A stretch of DNA of 64,000 nucleotides from a candidate division FCPU426 bacterium (GCA_963796105.1 CAWCKJ010000004.1:224001-288000), one strand, 5' to 3'; positions 11,501 to 21,575 are shown, counted from the first letter of the stretch. Notes: a model not told the origin generated them from the sequence alone. Made by a program: numbers and translations.

Positions 11501-12531
11501 GAGTAGACGATGTCAGGGGCCCCAGCGCCGTAATTATAACTCGTGTTGTTCGGTCCGGTGATCTGCTCGCTGTAGCTGTCCGACGAGCTGGTGGTGTCCC
11601 CCGATACGCAAGAACCATTGATATTAGAAGTAATGTCCGTGACGGTGGTGGACGTGGGTGTCGGGGCCGCCGCAAGTGTAATCGTTACGTCGTCGATCCA
11701 TATTGTCATTGGAGCCGTGGTAGAAACCTGAATACCCAATTGCTGGATATTAGTAGCCAATACAGGGTTCATTGTGTAGGTCACTTGAGTCCAATTGGAG
11801 GTAAGCGGGGAGGTCCAAGCGCCATTGTCCCAAGAATAGCCGCTGCTTGCGTTGAAAACCTGGAGAGATGTTGTTGAGCCAGTACCGGAAATCACCTTGT
11901 AATAAAAACTAATGGTGCTTCCGGCTGGAATCGTGGCGGGAGCATTAGAGAAATCCAAACCAATATTAGCCGACCCTGATGCCGGGAGAATGACCTCCAA
12001 GGAACCGGATGCGCTATGGAAATTCGTCGTATCTAACTGGACAGTGGTACCTGTTGGAGCTCCCCAAGCGGACCAACATTGGATGCTTGTATCGAATGTA
12101 TAAGACGCCAGCAAACTCGGAGCGTTACAAGCCGTGGAGGTCGAAGTCGGAGTATTGTTGAACGTGTTTGTGGGGGAAGGCGTCTGGGTGAGGGTACTGG
12201 TCAGGGTTTGCGTATTCGTCGGGGATTGGGTCCCGGTCGTCGTGTTCGTCGGGGTCGAAGTCACTGTGTTGGTGGATGTAGAACTTGGAGTCGGGGTTGA
12301 GGTCGAAGTATTCGTGGGACTGCTAGTCTGCGTCACTGTCGGCGTGGGTGTATTGCTCTGTGTGCCAGTACTAGTCGGGGTAGAGGACAAACCAAAAGTG
12401 GCGGTGGCGGTCGCGTAAATAAGGGGCAAAGAGGGGGTGACGCTCATGTTTCTAGTGCATCCAAAGAACAACGTTGCGATTGCGGCCCCAGTTAAGGCCA
12501 TCAAACCCATTCGTTTTTGCGGATATCCCAT
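8572..12531 (-). CDS. Large modular lipoprotein: CBM-like domain, two PPC-like modules, C-terminal NHL-repeat propeller
   Basis: Signal ending FFGC-TRN. Two ITDITSxIxGxC...DYRLV modules. NHL repeats (PVGVAVDNNGNVY, PLGLAVDNNGNLFAADY, PTGIGVDQAGNL). Start moved to MGYPQ. Confidence 0.75.
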   Translation of the reverse strand: MGYPQKRMGLMALTGAAIATLFFGCTRNMSVTPSLPLIYATATATFGLSSTPTSTGTQSNTPTPTVTQTSSPTNTSTSTPTPSSTSTNTVTSTPTNTTTGTQSPTNTQTLTSTLTQTPSPTNTFNNTPTSTSTACNAPSLLASYTFDTSIQCWSAWGAPTGTTVQLDTTNFHSASGSLEVILPASGSANIGLDFSNAPATIPAGSTISFYYKVISGTGSTTSLQVFNASSGYSWDNGAWTSPLTSNWTQVTYTMNPVLATNIQQLGIQVSTTAPMTIWIDDVTITLAAAPTPTSTTVTDITSNINGSCVSGDTTSSSDSYSEQITGPNNTSYNYGAGAPDIVYSFNLTQPTNLFINLCGATFDSVLYLRTNPSDPNTTLALDDDSDYCQKTNPPGSSSFVTGILQPGTYYVIVDGYGPGDYGPFTLCLNTFNPTCSLTPIAAPIALGSPSGTTDLGTVSVDAVGTGHVDWDFEYNNSWTFTPAAAGSYVISLDCFDDGNDSGKARVAYDLFDSGSNQVASSNGNTPLDQLTVDLTQQQYTVVVYAFSQGAPSGDYRLVIQAPAQATNTPTVTETPVPGITDITSSIDGTCVSGDTTGLGDTYSETIGADTYGQGAPDTAYLINLTQPTNLYISLCGANWGSVLYMRTNPADPSTTINFDQTSASCGDGSPSFVTGVLQPGIYYIIVDGTGAGNFGAYNLCLSTYSPTCSLTPVAAPIPLGSPSGSTDLGTVTVDAVGTGHVDVNFEETNTWTFTPGTAGSYVISLDCFDDTTNKVQAQYTLWDAGNNLIATSNGNDPLDQLAVDLTVQQYTVVVIDNWLDEPSGDYRLVITAPAATATPTVTSTSTPNKPPVLTVTPPLTFTPTVPAGACTQLVNSFETFTGTNPYTTENGSLAPDSDNPTLSQTTTGATDGINALDIDITVNNNSNQLVDWSGFTQSDFTNVTQILMDVTVDSNLIQTGAGAYNQLALIANPSSWTPITGNIDITAGSQTVTFTVSGAPAQVTDLLLIFNTDGSGTGNLYIDNVRFVYSVCPPTPTPTPIITNNSIWSFNASCPVGVAVDNNGNVYTSDPCYGLIHVYDFNGDYLYDITPPNPNPWGNSPTPLGLAVDNNGNLFAADYGNGNGEIMEFNTSTGALENMFWGSNNNSVTYIQAPYDVKLDGSGNLYVADYQGGYVAKIDPTTDTLTTLCSNTGGLVPMGVAVDSTGTNVYATDPVNDWVYQYDTATLTVQNSFNGSSWPTPLTAPTGIGVDQAGNLIICDFGNAVLDNTDTSGNFLQAVSPGGFQYPYYIAFDPSGSLYVTMNQWQIIGVIQNGVGNFQ

Positions 12532-12583
12532 AAAATTTACCCCTTTGGCCTTGGATGAATAATGATTTTTAAACGCTAGGAAA

Positions 12584-12597
12584 AAATGATACCACAA
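12584..12597 (-). promoter_or_regulatory. Conserved extended -10-like motif upstream of lipoprotein 3
   Basis: Identical to the 14-mer at 4049 and 7885. Confidence 0.65.
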
Positions 12598-12889
12598 AAG
12601 CCATATTATTCGGCCTTGAATGCTGAAAAAGTCCCTGTAACAAAATTTTCCTCATAGTCGGCATCCAAATCTGCCTGTCACTGGGTTAAACGATAGTGTT
12701 AAGGCCTAACGGAAAAACAATGGAAAACAAATAATGAACAATGAACAATAAAACAGCTGTAACCGCCATGTGGAAGGTGTTGCCAAAGTGCTGATATATG
12801 CCGAGATTTCCGCCGATGGGGGGTGTTTTCCGTTAAAATCACATCTAGTTTTTTCCCAGACTTCTTTAATAAACGGCAAAAGGCCACCC

Positions 12890-15661
12890 ATGTTCCCCAT
12901 AAAATCCCTTTATTTTCTTCTCATCGTCGTGACGCTGCCCATCACCGGCTGGGCGGCAAAAACCCAAAATCGGGAACGCGTCCGCTTCGATGCAGGTTGG
13001 AAATTCCATTTGGGCGCTGTGCCCGGCTCGGATATTTACGCCGGAGTGAAGATCCCCTCCTGGCGCTATAAACCCGCAGGTAAAACCAAACCCACCGATG
13101 AAAAACCCGCCGCTCTGGGAGTTTCCACTAACGGCTCGGACTGGCAGGACGTCCAAAATGGACAGGACCTCTTCAACCACCAACCCGGATTTGCCTGGGT
13201 CATAGCCCCCCTGAACGATTTCCCCGGCCCTCACCGAATACTCCACTTTGCGGGAGTGGACGATAACGGCACGGTTTGGGTGAACGGGACGAAAATGACC
13301 TACCACGAGGGTTGGAACGATCCCTTCGACATTGACTTGGACAGTGTCTGGAAGGAAGGCGGCCCTAACGAGGTGACGGTGCTGGTGGAAAACACTTACG
13401 GCGAGGGCAACATCAAGGAGGCCGACCTGATCACCATGGGTCGAGAGGAGCCGGTACCCCCGGCGGCCTTGGCGGCCTTTGACGACAAGGATTGGAAGGA
13501 TGTCCACCTTCCCCACGATTTCGTGGTGGAGGGCCCCTTCAGCCCCTCGGCCGACGGAAGCCACGGCTTCCTGCCGAAGGATATCGGCTGGTACCGCAAA
13601 ACATTCACCATTCCCCTTTCGGACAAGGGCAGGAGCCTTTGGATCGACTTCGACGGCGTCTACCGCGACAGCCGGGTCTGGCTCAACGGGAAGCTTTTGG
13701 GAAAACACGCGAGCGGCTACACCAGCTTCCGCTACGACATCACCGGGGCGGTCAAATACGGCGGAAAAAATACCCTTGCCGTTTACACGGACGCCCGCAA
13801 CACCGAGGGCTGGTGGTACGAGGGCGGCGGAATCTACCGCCATGTCTGGCTCAACAAGGCCGGCCCCCTTCACGTCGAGCCCTGGGGAGTCTATGTGATA
13901 TCCACCCCCGACCAGGAATCAGATCCCTCCAAGGCCGTCCTTGAAATCCAAACCCAATTGGACAACCAATCGAGATCTTCCGAATCCTGCCTACTGGTGT
14001 CGGAGATCCTCGACCAGGATGGAAAATCCATTCTTACCCTGGATGAGGGCGTCACGGTTCCCCAAAATGGAACAGGGGCCGTCACCCAAAAGGGCGAGAT
14101 TCCCCATCCGGCTCTTTGGTCCCCCGACAGTCCCGCCCTCTATAACCTAGTCACTCGACTGGAAAAAGCCGGGAAGGTTGTGGACCAGGTTGCAAACCGG
14201 TTCGGGGTGCGCACCGCGCGGTTCGACAAGGACCTCGGGTTTTTCCTCAATGGGAAGCCCCTTAAATTGAAGGGCACCTGCAACCACCAGGATTTCGCCG
14301 GCATCGGCACAGCCATCCCCGACCGGGTGTTCGCCTACCGGGTCCAAAGGCTCAAGGATATGGGCTCCAACGCCTACCGCTGTTCCCACAATCCCCCCGC
14401 CGCAGAGCTTCTGGACGAGTGCGACCGGCAGGGATTGCTCGTCATGGACGAGAACAGGCGCTTGGGCGACGACCCCGAGATCCTTTCCCAGGTGGACAGC
14501 ATGGTCCTCAGGGACAGGAACCATCCCAGTGTCATCCTTTGGTCCCTTTGCAACGAGGAATCCCTCCAGGGTTCCGAAACAGGAAAGCTCCGGGGCGAGG
14601 CCATGAAAAAAGATATCCTGGGATACGACAAGACCCGCCTCATCACCTGCGCCATGAACGACGGCTGGGGGTCCGGGCTTTCCGGCGTGGTGGACCTCCA
14701 GGGCTTCAACTACCACCCTATCAAGTACGACAGCTACCATAATTCCCACCCGGGCATCCCCCTTTTCGGGAGCGAGACAGCCAGCACGATTTCCGACAGG
14801 GGCGTCTACCAGAACAGCAAGGACCAGGGTTACGTGAGCGCCTACGACAAGAATTTCCCGGATTGGGCCCAGACCGCCGAGGACGCCTGGGAGCCCTTGG
14901 CAAAAAAACCCTTCATGGCCGGGGGATTCGTCTGGACGGGCTTCGACTACCGCGGGGAGCCAACCCCCTACTGGTGGCCCTGCGTGAACTCCCACTTCGG
15001 CATCATGGACATGTGCGGATTTCCCAAGGACAACTTCTACTATTACCAGGCCTGGTGGGGGGACAAACCCCTGGTTCATCTTCTTCCCCATTGGAACTGG
15101 CCGGGCAAGGAAAAAGAGCCGATCGAAGTTTGGTGTTACGGCAATTGCGGCAAGGTGGAGCTTTTCCTGAACGGCAAAAGTTTGGGTGAGAAGGATATGC
15201 CCAAATGGGGCCACCTGGAATGGAAAGTCCCCTATCAAGAGGGGACTTTGAGCGCGGTAGGTTCCATTGGCGGGAAAAAAGCCGCTGAGGACCGGGTGGA
15301 AACGACCGGTATCCCGGCCTCCCTCAAACTGGAGCCTTTCGGAAACGAGATGCTGGCCGACGGCGAGGATGAAATTCCGGTCAAGGTCTCCATCCTGGAC
15401 GAGAAAGGCCGGGTGGTTCCCACAGCGGACAACGAGGTGGTCTTCCGCCTCGAGGGACCCGGCTCCATCGCGGGCGTGGCCAACGGCGATCCCTCCAGCC
15501 ACGAACCGGATAAGGGCGGGCAAAGGCGGGCATTCAACGGGCATTGCATGGCGGTCCTCCGCTCGGGAGAGACTCCCGGCGAGGTGGTCCTGATAGCGGA
15601 GTCCAAGGATTTGAAAAGCTCTTCAGTGACCATCCGGTCCTTTAACCCCGTAAGCAGGTAA
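12890..15661 (+). CDS. Secreted beta-galactosidase, GH2
   Basis: WYRKTF, FDGVY, GGIYRHV, RDRNHPSVILWSLCNE (acid/base), GGFVWTGFDYRGEPTP. Signal peptide after MFPIK. Confidence 0.92.
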   Translation: MFPIKSLYFLLIVVTLPITGWAAKTQNRERVRFDAGWKFHLGAVPGSDIYAGVKIPSWRYKPAGKTKPTDEKPAALGVSTNGSDWQDVQNGQDLFNHQPGFAWVIAPLNDFPGPHRILHFAGVDDNGTVWVNGTKMTYHEGWNDPFDIDLDSVWKEGGPNEVTVLVENTYGEGNIKEADLITMGREEPVPPAALAAFDDKDWKDVHLPHDFVVEGPFSPSADGSHGFLPKDIGWYRKTFTIPLSDKGRSLWIDFDGVYRDSRVWLNGKLLGKHASGYTSFRYDITGAVKYGGKNTLAVYTDARNTEGWWYEGGGIYRHVWLNKAGPLHVEPWGVYVISTPDQESDPSKAVLEIQTQLDNQSRSSESCLLVSEILDQDGKSILTLDEGVTVPQNGTGAVTQKGEIPHPALWSPDSPALYNLVTRLEKAGKVVDQVANRFGVRTARFDKDLGFFLNGKPLKLKGTCNHQDFAGIGTAIPDRVFAYRVQRLKDMGSNAYRCSHNPPAAELLDECDRQGLLVMDENRRLGDDPEILSQVDSMVLRDRNHPSVILWSLCNEESLQGSETGKLRGEAMKKDILGYDKTRLITCAMNDGWGSGLSGVVDLQGFNYHPIKYDSYHNSHPGIPLFGSETASTISDRGVYQNSKDQGYVSAYDKNFPDWAQTAEDAWEPLAKKPFMAGGFVWTGFDYRGEPTPYWWPCVNSHFGIMDMCGFPKDNFYYYQAWWGDKPLVHLLPHWNWPGKEKEPIEVWCYGNCGKVELFLNGKSLGEKDMPKWGHLEWKVPYQEGTLSAVGSIGGKKAAEDRVETTGIPASLKLEPFGNEMLADGEDEIPVKVSILDEKGRVVPTADNEVVFRLEGPGSIAGVANGDPSSHEPDKGGQRRAFNGHCMAVLRSGETPGEVVLIAESKDLKSSSVTIRSFNPVSR

Positions 15662-15827
15662 TGGCCTTTATTTAACGAGCCCGAAAAGGGCCGATACCCC
15701 TTTGAACCGGCTTTGTGGATTTAGGTTTAGGCTTCGGGTAAAATAAATAGGTTGTTTTGGCTTGCCTAGGTAACCGCGGATCAGTGGGTCCTTCTTCGCT
15801 TAGGCCGGCAAATTTCAGGAGGACATC

Positions 15828-16232
15828 ATGGGGAACCGTTTCGGCCGTGGTTTGTTAAATTCAATGGTTTTCATTCTGGGTTTCGCCGTCATCCTAACCC
15901 CCCTCCTATTCCTGAACGGCTGCGGCAACGGCCCAGGGGCGCCTATTCAACAGGAAAACGAACAGTTGATCATCACTTTCGTGAACCCTTTTTCGGGGGG
16001 GGTGTCTGGAGAGGTAGGCAACAGTTACAACGGGTCCAATATGAACCTAACCTTCATGAGCCCCGGCGCCTCCAGCGTCACATCCATGGGATTGTCGGTT
16101 TATCCAGGTTCCATCGGGCAGTTTGCCGCGACTTTTAGCGGACCTGTCACTTTCAACTACACCCTGGGTTCGGCTTCCGTCACGGGCTGTGTCGCGAACC
16201 CCACTTACTTGAGCGCGACCGTAAAGTTCTGA
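15828..16232 (+). CDS. Hypothetical lipoprotein
   Basis: RBS GGAGG. Hydrophobic segment ending LNGC. Confidence 0.6.
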   Translation: MGNRFGRGLLNSMVFILGFAVILTPLLFLNGCGNGPGAPIQQENEQLIITFVNPFSGGVSGEVGNSYNGSNMNLTFMSPGASSVTSMGLSVYPGSIGQFAATFSGPVTFNYTLGSASVTGCVANPTYLSATVKF

Positions 16233-16305
16233 GACCTTAAATATCCCAAAGGCGTTATTCCCCATAACCTATTATTCACCATCGCACCTGTCCAAAATAG
16301 ACTTT

Positions 16306-16478
16306 AGCCACAGATGTGCCAATCTGCCATAAAACATATATGGAGATTGGTACGATACCAGCCCCCTTGAAAAGCCTTATGGGAGGGCTGGCATGCATGG
16401 GATACACGGGATTTAAAAAACATAAGCTTAAAGCCTTTTTTCTATACTCCATCCAAGTGCATCCCCTGAATCCGTGGC
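16306..16478. repeat. REP-like intergenic inverted repeat with nested ~79-bp insert
   Basis: GCCACAGAT...ATCCGTGGC ends. Related copies at 588-660 and 26793-26961. Confidence 0.7.
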
Positions 16479-16660
16479 AAAGGACTTGGTTTTGCATAAC
16501 GCCTTTTTGAATTTAAAAATCTGATTATTTATCTTTGTTTCTTGGTTTGTGTCTAATTTGGACGGCAATGATTCCCCATAAAGTTTTAATTTTTTCTGGC
16601 GGGTGCGGCCCCAAGGTTGTAGATTCTGTATCTGTTTATTTATTCCCTGGAGGCCTCTCA

Positions 16661-18979
16661 ATGAAAGAGCATCCCTATACCCTGTTGAACCATCCCGTGG
16701 ACGTGAGCCGTTCCTTCTCCAACCTGGAGAACACCATGTTCCTCCCGGTGAAGCTGGGATCTTTCGATGCGGCCAAGGCGAAAGGCGACATCCTCTGGGG
16801 GCGCTACGCCTACAAGGTCCGGGTGGCCTTCAACCAGGAGGGCCTCAACCTGATCACCAACCCGCCCTGGGAGTTCCCAGTCGAGTATGGCGGCGAGCAG
16901 GAGCCCTATCCCTTTTCCATCTCCTTTTACGGGGACCGGACCCTGCGCCTGAGGTTCAGGCCCCGCAAATATCCCCGGCGCGGGGAGGCTTCCTTGATGC
17001 TGGCCAAGGAGCCCAAAGCCTCCAAACCCTGGAAGATGAAAAAGTCCCAGGGACGGGTCACTTATACCGGCCCAGCCGGTTCCGTGACTGTCGTGGAAAA
17101 CCCTTGGGCTTTGGAAATCCGCGGCGCCTCGGGAAAACTGCTCACCAAGACATTGCACTTGAAGGACAACCGAAGCCTCCGCAACACCGACCCCCTGCCC
17201 TTTTGCTTCATGAGGCCGACGCCTGAATATTCCCGCCAGTTCGCGGCCTCTTTCTCCCTGGCCAACGGGGAGAAAATCTACGGCTGCGGGGAATCCTTCA
17301 CGCGCCTCAACAAGCGAGGCCAGAAGATCGTGCTTTGTTCCTACGATTGCCACGGCGTTCAGCACGACGGCATGTACAAGCCGGTTCCCTTTTTCATGAG
17401 CGACCGCGGATACGGCATGTTCCTGCACACCACCGCGCCCTCTACCTTCGATTTCGGCCACTCCTACGGCGAGGCCACGACCCTTTTCACGGGGGATGAG
17501 GAGCTGGATCTATTCCTGTTCCTGGGGGACCCCCAGAAAATCCTGACGGAGTACACCGCCTTGACAGGGCGCAGTCCCGTGCCTCCACTCTGGAGCTTCG
17601 GCTTGTGGATGAGCCGATGCACCTACAAGTCGGAGAAGGAAACACGCGAGGTGGCGGGGAAACTCCGGAAGCACCGAATCCCCTCGGATGTGGTCCACCT
17701 GGACACGGGCTGGTTCGAGGAAGACTGGCGCTGTGACTACAGGTTTTCCACCAGCCGCTTCAAGAACCCACTCAAGATGCTCAAGGACCTGGCGAAACAG
17801 GGATTCAAGATCAGCCTCTGGCAGCTTCCCTATTTCACCCCCAACAACCGGCTGTTCAACGAGATCATCGAGAAACGCATGGCGGTCACCGACGGCAAGG
17901 GAGGACTTCCCACCGACGACGCCACCCTGGATTTCAGCAACCCCCGCGCCGTCAAATGGTACCAAAAGAACCTGGCGGGCCTCCTGCGCATGGGAGTGGG
18001 CGCCATCAAGGTGGACTTCGGCGAGGCGGCCCCGCTCAAGGGCGTCTACCACTCCGGCAAGACCGGCTTCATGGAGCACAACCTCTATCCCCTGCGCTAC
18101 AACAAGGCGGCGGCCGACGTCACCAAGGCCGTGACGGGAGAGAATATCATCTGGGCGCGAAGCGCCTGGGCCGGAAGCCAGCGGTACCCCCTTCACTGGG
18201 GCGGCGACGCGGAGGATTCCTACGGGGGCATGGCCGCCACCTTAAGGGGCGGGCTTTCCTTCGGACTGTGCGGTTTCTCCTTCTGGAGCCATGACATCGG
18301 CGGGTTCGTGCATCCGGCCGCCAAGGAGCTTTACCGGCGCTGGACACCATTTGGCATGCTCACTTCCCACAGCCGTTGCCACGGCGTGCCGCCCAGGGAA
18401 CCCTGGGTTTACGGGAACAAGTTCGAGGACGAGTTCCGCCTTTCCGTGGAGATGAAGTACCGCCTCATGCCCTATGTTTACGCCCAGGCGCACGACTGCT
18501 CCAAGAAGGGCTTCCCCATGCTCCGCCCCCTCTTTTTCGAGTTCCCGAATGATCCCTCGTCCTGGCTCATCGAGGACGAATACCTGTTCGGCTCGCAAAT
18601 ACTGGTGGCGCCTCTCTTCGAGGAAGTTTCGGAGCGCGATTTGTACTTGCCGCCGGGAACCTGGGTGGATTACCAAAGCGGGAAATCCTACAAGGGCGGC
18701 CAATGGCACCGAATCAAGCCGTCCCCCATCCCCTGCGTCATCCTGGTGAGGGAGGGCTCGGTCCTGCCCCACCTGAAACTGGCCCAATCCACCGCGTATA
18801 TGGACTGGTCTAACATCGAGTTGAAAGTCTATGGAAATGTTTCCCGGGCTTCGGGCTTGATATGCCTTCCCAAGGACAAGGTCTTGCGGGAACTCGACTT
18901 GGTGAGGGATGGCGCCTCATGGAAAATGATGAATTCCTCGCGCCTTCCCAAACTGAAATGGATCATTTCGGGGGTTTAG
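16661..18979 (+). CDS. GH31 glycosidase, probably alpha-xylosidase (YicI-like)
   Basis: IYGCGE, YKPVPFF, WSFGLWMSR, IKVDFGE nucleophile motif, HWGGD, WSHDIGGF, SHSRCHG. RBS GGAGG before MKEHP. Confidence 0.9.
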   Translation: MKEHPYTLLNHPVDVSRSFSNLENTMFLPVKLGSFDAAKAKGDILWGRYAYKVRVAFNQEGLNLITNPPWEFPVEYGGEQEPYPFSISFYGDRTLRLRFRPRKYPRRGEASLMLAKEPKASKPWKMKKSQGRVTYTGPAGSVTVVENPWALEIRGASGKLLTKTLHLKDNRSLRNTDPLPFCFMRPTPEYSRQFAASFSLANGEKIYGCGESFTRLNKRGQKIVLCSYDCHGVQHDGMYKPVPFFMSDRGYGMFLHTTAPSTFDFGHSYGEATTLFTGDEELDLFLFLGDPQKILTEYTALTGRSPVPPLWSFGLWMSRCTYKSEKETREVAGKLRKHRIPSDVVHLDTGWFEEDWRCDYRFSTSRFKNPLKMLKDLAKQGFKISLWQLPYFTPNNRLFNEIIEKRMAVTDGKGGLPTDDATLDFSNPRAVKWYQKNLAGLLRMGVGAIKVDFGEAAPLKGVYHSGKTGFMEHNLYPLRYNKAAADVTKAVTGENIIWARSAWAGSQRYPLHWGGDAEDSYGGMAATLRGGLSFGLCGFSFWSHDIGGFVHPAAKELYRRWTPFGMLTSHSRCHGVPPREPWVYGNKFEDEFRLSVEMKYRLMPYVYAQAHDCSKKGFPMLRPLFFEFPNDPSSWLIEDEYLFGSQILVAPLFEEVSERDLYLPPGTWVDYQSGKSYKGGQWHRIKPSPIPCVILVREGSVLPHLKLAQSTAYMDWSNIELKVYGNVSRASGLICLPKDKVLRELDLVRDGASWKMMNSSRLPKLKWIISGV

Positions 18980-19012
18980 GAGGCTGGTTGACAGCCTCAG
19001 GATCCGGGCTCT

Positions 19013-20452
19013 CTATTTGCCCGGGGGCATTCCCCATTTGTAAAGAAGCCTGATTTGGGGGAGCTTTTTAAGTTTGGTCCTGACCGACGAGACTCCGCCG
19101 GGGTTTGTGCCGTCCCCGGGGGGCGCGAAAACGGCGACCGGAAAGGGTTTTGACTTTTCCCACTCCGCCGCGGCCGCCGTCAAGTCCACGCAATCCACAC
19201 CTGGTTTTTTATATACCCACCTGCTCCCAGCCCGGATCATGAGATTGGCCTCTGGATCAAACAATAATTCCAGGAATATGGGCTTTCCCTTCATGGGGAT
19301 TTTCCAGCCCAATCCGTCCGAATCGTCCGAGGAACGCCATTCCATCTTGAGCCGCCCCCTCAATTGGGTCCATGTTTCCCCGGGCTGGAAATAGGACTCC
19401 TGGAGCAGTTTTCGGTAAACTGGCAGGAACATGGCCGGCGTGCCATGGTCGGGGTTATTTGGGTCCTGCCTCTCCAATCCCAGCCTGGCCCTGTCCCGGA
19501 ATTGGTAATAAGTGATGCCCTTGAGGAAGTCCGGCTTTTCCCTGAGTACCCGATGGTAAAAAGCTTCCGTGAGTTTTGCCTGGTACGCCTCGCCCCCCAC
19601 ATTGCCGTCGGCGTTGAATTCCCCTATTTCCAATCCCTTGTCCCGGCCCGTCAATTCGACAAACCGTTTGTGAATTCCCGTGATCTGGCTCCAGACATTG
19701 CCCACGCCGGCGTGGCGGTAGGTCTTGTCCCGGTTCTCCGGGTCGCAGGGCTTGCAGGGGTAGCCGTAATCCAGCGTGACATACTGGTCCACAGACCAGA
19801 CATCGGCGGCGTCCAGCAGGGGCGAAAGTTCCTTCTCGTATTTCAAAAAGCCTTTTTTAAAATCCTCCACGTGCCCCCAGCAGCACATGAGAAGGGCCTC
19901 GGGCGCCTCCTTTTTGAATACGGAGGCGAATCGCGTGAAGAACTTGCCCACTTCCTCGTAGGAATAGCGGCGGTTGAAGGAAAACCAGAATCCGTCGCAC
20001 TCGTGGTTGAGCCGGAGCCGGAGCCGGCCGAAGGGCCTCAACTGCCTGGCGATGACGCGGATGTGGTCGTTGGTCACCGCGCAATCCATGGTGAGGGTCA
20101 AGGTCACGTCCTGGCCGTGGCGCCGGATATCCCGCATCTGGCGGAAAACCTCCCCCCGGGTGTTCCCCTTCGGCCCGCCCGTAAAAGGGAAATAATCGTC
20201 GTAAGGGAATGACCAGGCATGGTCCGTTCTCCGCCGATAGGCCTCCGAAGCGCGCTTGGGCCAGCCTTTGTCGTAGGGATAGTAGCAGTACATGAGGTTG
20301 ATACAGCGGTGGGGACGGCCCAGGACTGTCAGGATATGGTCCTGGTCCACGTATTCGCCGCGCTCGCTCCCGTCCCCCAGGTCCAGGGAGCAGGGAGCGG
20401 GGCTGAGCTTCACCTGATAAGCGGGAGACGTGATCGGCGTCGAGCGGGGCAT
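19013..20452 (-). CDS. GH26-like (clan GH-A) glycoside hydrolase
   Basis: RLNHECDGFWF acid/base-like motif, WSVDQY, and LEIGEF nucleophile-like motif. Confidence 0.55.
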   Translation of the reverse strand: MPRSTPITSPAYQVKLSPAPCSLDLGDGSERGEYVDQDHILTVLGRPHRCINLMYCYYPYDKGWPKRASEAYRRRTDHAWSFPYDDYFPFTGGPKGNTRGEVFRQMRDIRRHGQDVTLTLTMDCAVTNDHIRVIARQLRPFGRLRLRLNHECDGFWFSFNRRYSYEEVGKFFTRFASVFKKEAPEALLMCCWGHVEDFKKGFLKYEKELSPLLDAADVWSVDQYVTLDYGYPCKPCDPENRDKTYRHAGVGNVWSQITGIHKRFVELTGRDKGLEIGEFNADGNVGGEAYQAKLTEAFYHRVLREKPDFLKGITYYQFRDRARLGLERQDPNNPDHGTPAMFLPVYRKLLQESYFQPGETWTQLRGRLKMEWRSSDDSDGLGWKIPMKGKPIFLELLFDPEANLMIRAGSRWVYKKPGVDCVDLTAAAAEWEKSKPFPVAVFAPPGDGTNPGGVSSVRTKLKKLPQIRLLYKWGMPPGK

Positions 20453-20669
20453 GAAAACCTTTTTTATATAAATTTTCGATCCAGAAACCGCCCCATACTT
20501 TACAGCCTCAGCGAATGGCAGGCACGGAAAAATTTTTAAAATTTTCGTAATTTTAAATTCGAGGGGGATTTTGAAACCGCTTTTCCAGTGATATCAAGAA
20601 TGGAAGGGGTTTCAAGTTCGTTTAGAGGTATTAAACCTCGGGAGAAATTTTCCGGGACCAGAGAGGGAC

Positions 20670-21575
20670 TTACCAGAGTTTTTCGGGATAGATCCCTTGG
20701 GCCAGCATCTTCTGGATCCTGTTCTTGACCGCGGGAAGGTCCTCGGGATAGGTCATGCCGAACCAGGGATCGTCCGTGGGAAGAACTTTCACCCGGGCAT
20801 GGCCTGACCGCAGGAGGGAGTCCACCTCGCGGGGAATGAGGTACTCGGACTTTTCCTCCCCGCCCCGGGCCTTCAAGAAAGCGGTCAGCCCTTTTTCCAG
20901 GAAAGGGAACAAGGCTGGGGTAAACCCCCAAAGGTTCATGGAGACGGTTTCCGTCCCCTGGAGGAGGCCGGGCTTTCCATCGTCCTCCAGGAACCGGATG
21001 TCTTGTCCTTCCCTTTCAATCTTGAGATGCTCCGCCACCCCTTTCAAATAGCCGTCGGGCTTGACCTCACAGACTCCCCGGGCCACCGGCCCGAACTCGG
21101 AGAGGGTCTGGTCCAGGCGGAACCCCACCATGCAAAAATGGTTTTCATGGGGATCGGGAATGGAGGATAAAAACCCCGAGAGGATCTTGAAGGAATTGGG
21201 GCCGTAATAATCGTCCGCGTTCAGGGCGGCGAAAGGCTCTTCAAGCGCGTCCTTGGCGGCCCAAATGGCGTGGCCAGTTCCCCAGGGCTTGGTCCTGCCG
21301 GAAGGAACAGTGAAACCCGTAGGCAGAAGGGAAAGTTCCTGGAACACATAGTCCACCGGGACGGTTTTTTCCCACTTGGAACCCACGATCTGGCGGAAGT
21401 CCTTCTCCAGGTCCTTGCGGATGATGTAAACCACCCGGCCGAATCCCGCCTGGAGGGCGTCATGGATGGAGTAATCCAGGAGGGTCGCCCCGTTGGGGCC
21501 GACGGAAGCCAGCTGCTTCAAGCCGCCGAAGCGGCTTCCCATTCCCGCGGCCATGACCAGCAAACTGGGTTTCAT
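20670..21575 (-). CDS. Sugar-phosphate nucleotidyltransferase (NTP_transferase fold)
   Basis: LLVMAAGMGSRFGGLKQ, KPWGTGHA, NADDYYG, VSMNLWGF, WFGMTYPED. Confidence 0.88.
   Translation of the reverse strand: MKPSLLVMAAGMGSRFGGLKQLASVGPNGATLLDYSIHDALQAGFGRVVYIIRKDLEKDFRQIVGSKWEKTVPVDYVFQELSLLPTGFTVPSGRTKPWGTGHAIWAAKDALEEPFAALNADDYYGPNSFKILSGFLSSIPDPHENHFCMVGFRLDQTLSEFGPVARGVCEVKPDGYLKGVAEHLKIEREGQDIRFLEDDGKPGLLQGTETVSMNLWGFTPALFPFLEKGLTAFLKARGGEEKSEYLIPREVDSLLRSGHARVKVLPTDDPWFGMTYPEDLPAVKNRIQKMLAQGIYPEKLW

Noticed and set aside
12705..12755. AATGAAC-type heptamer repeats in a divergent promoter region
   Set aside because: Few degenerate copies with no assignable function.
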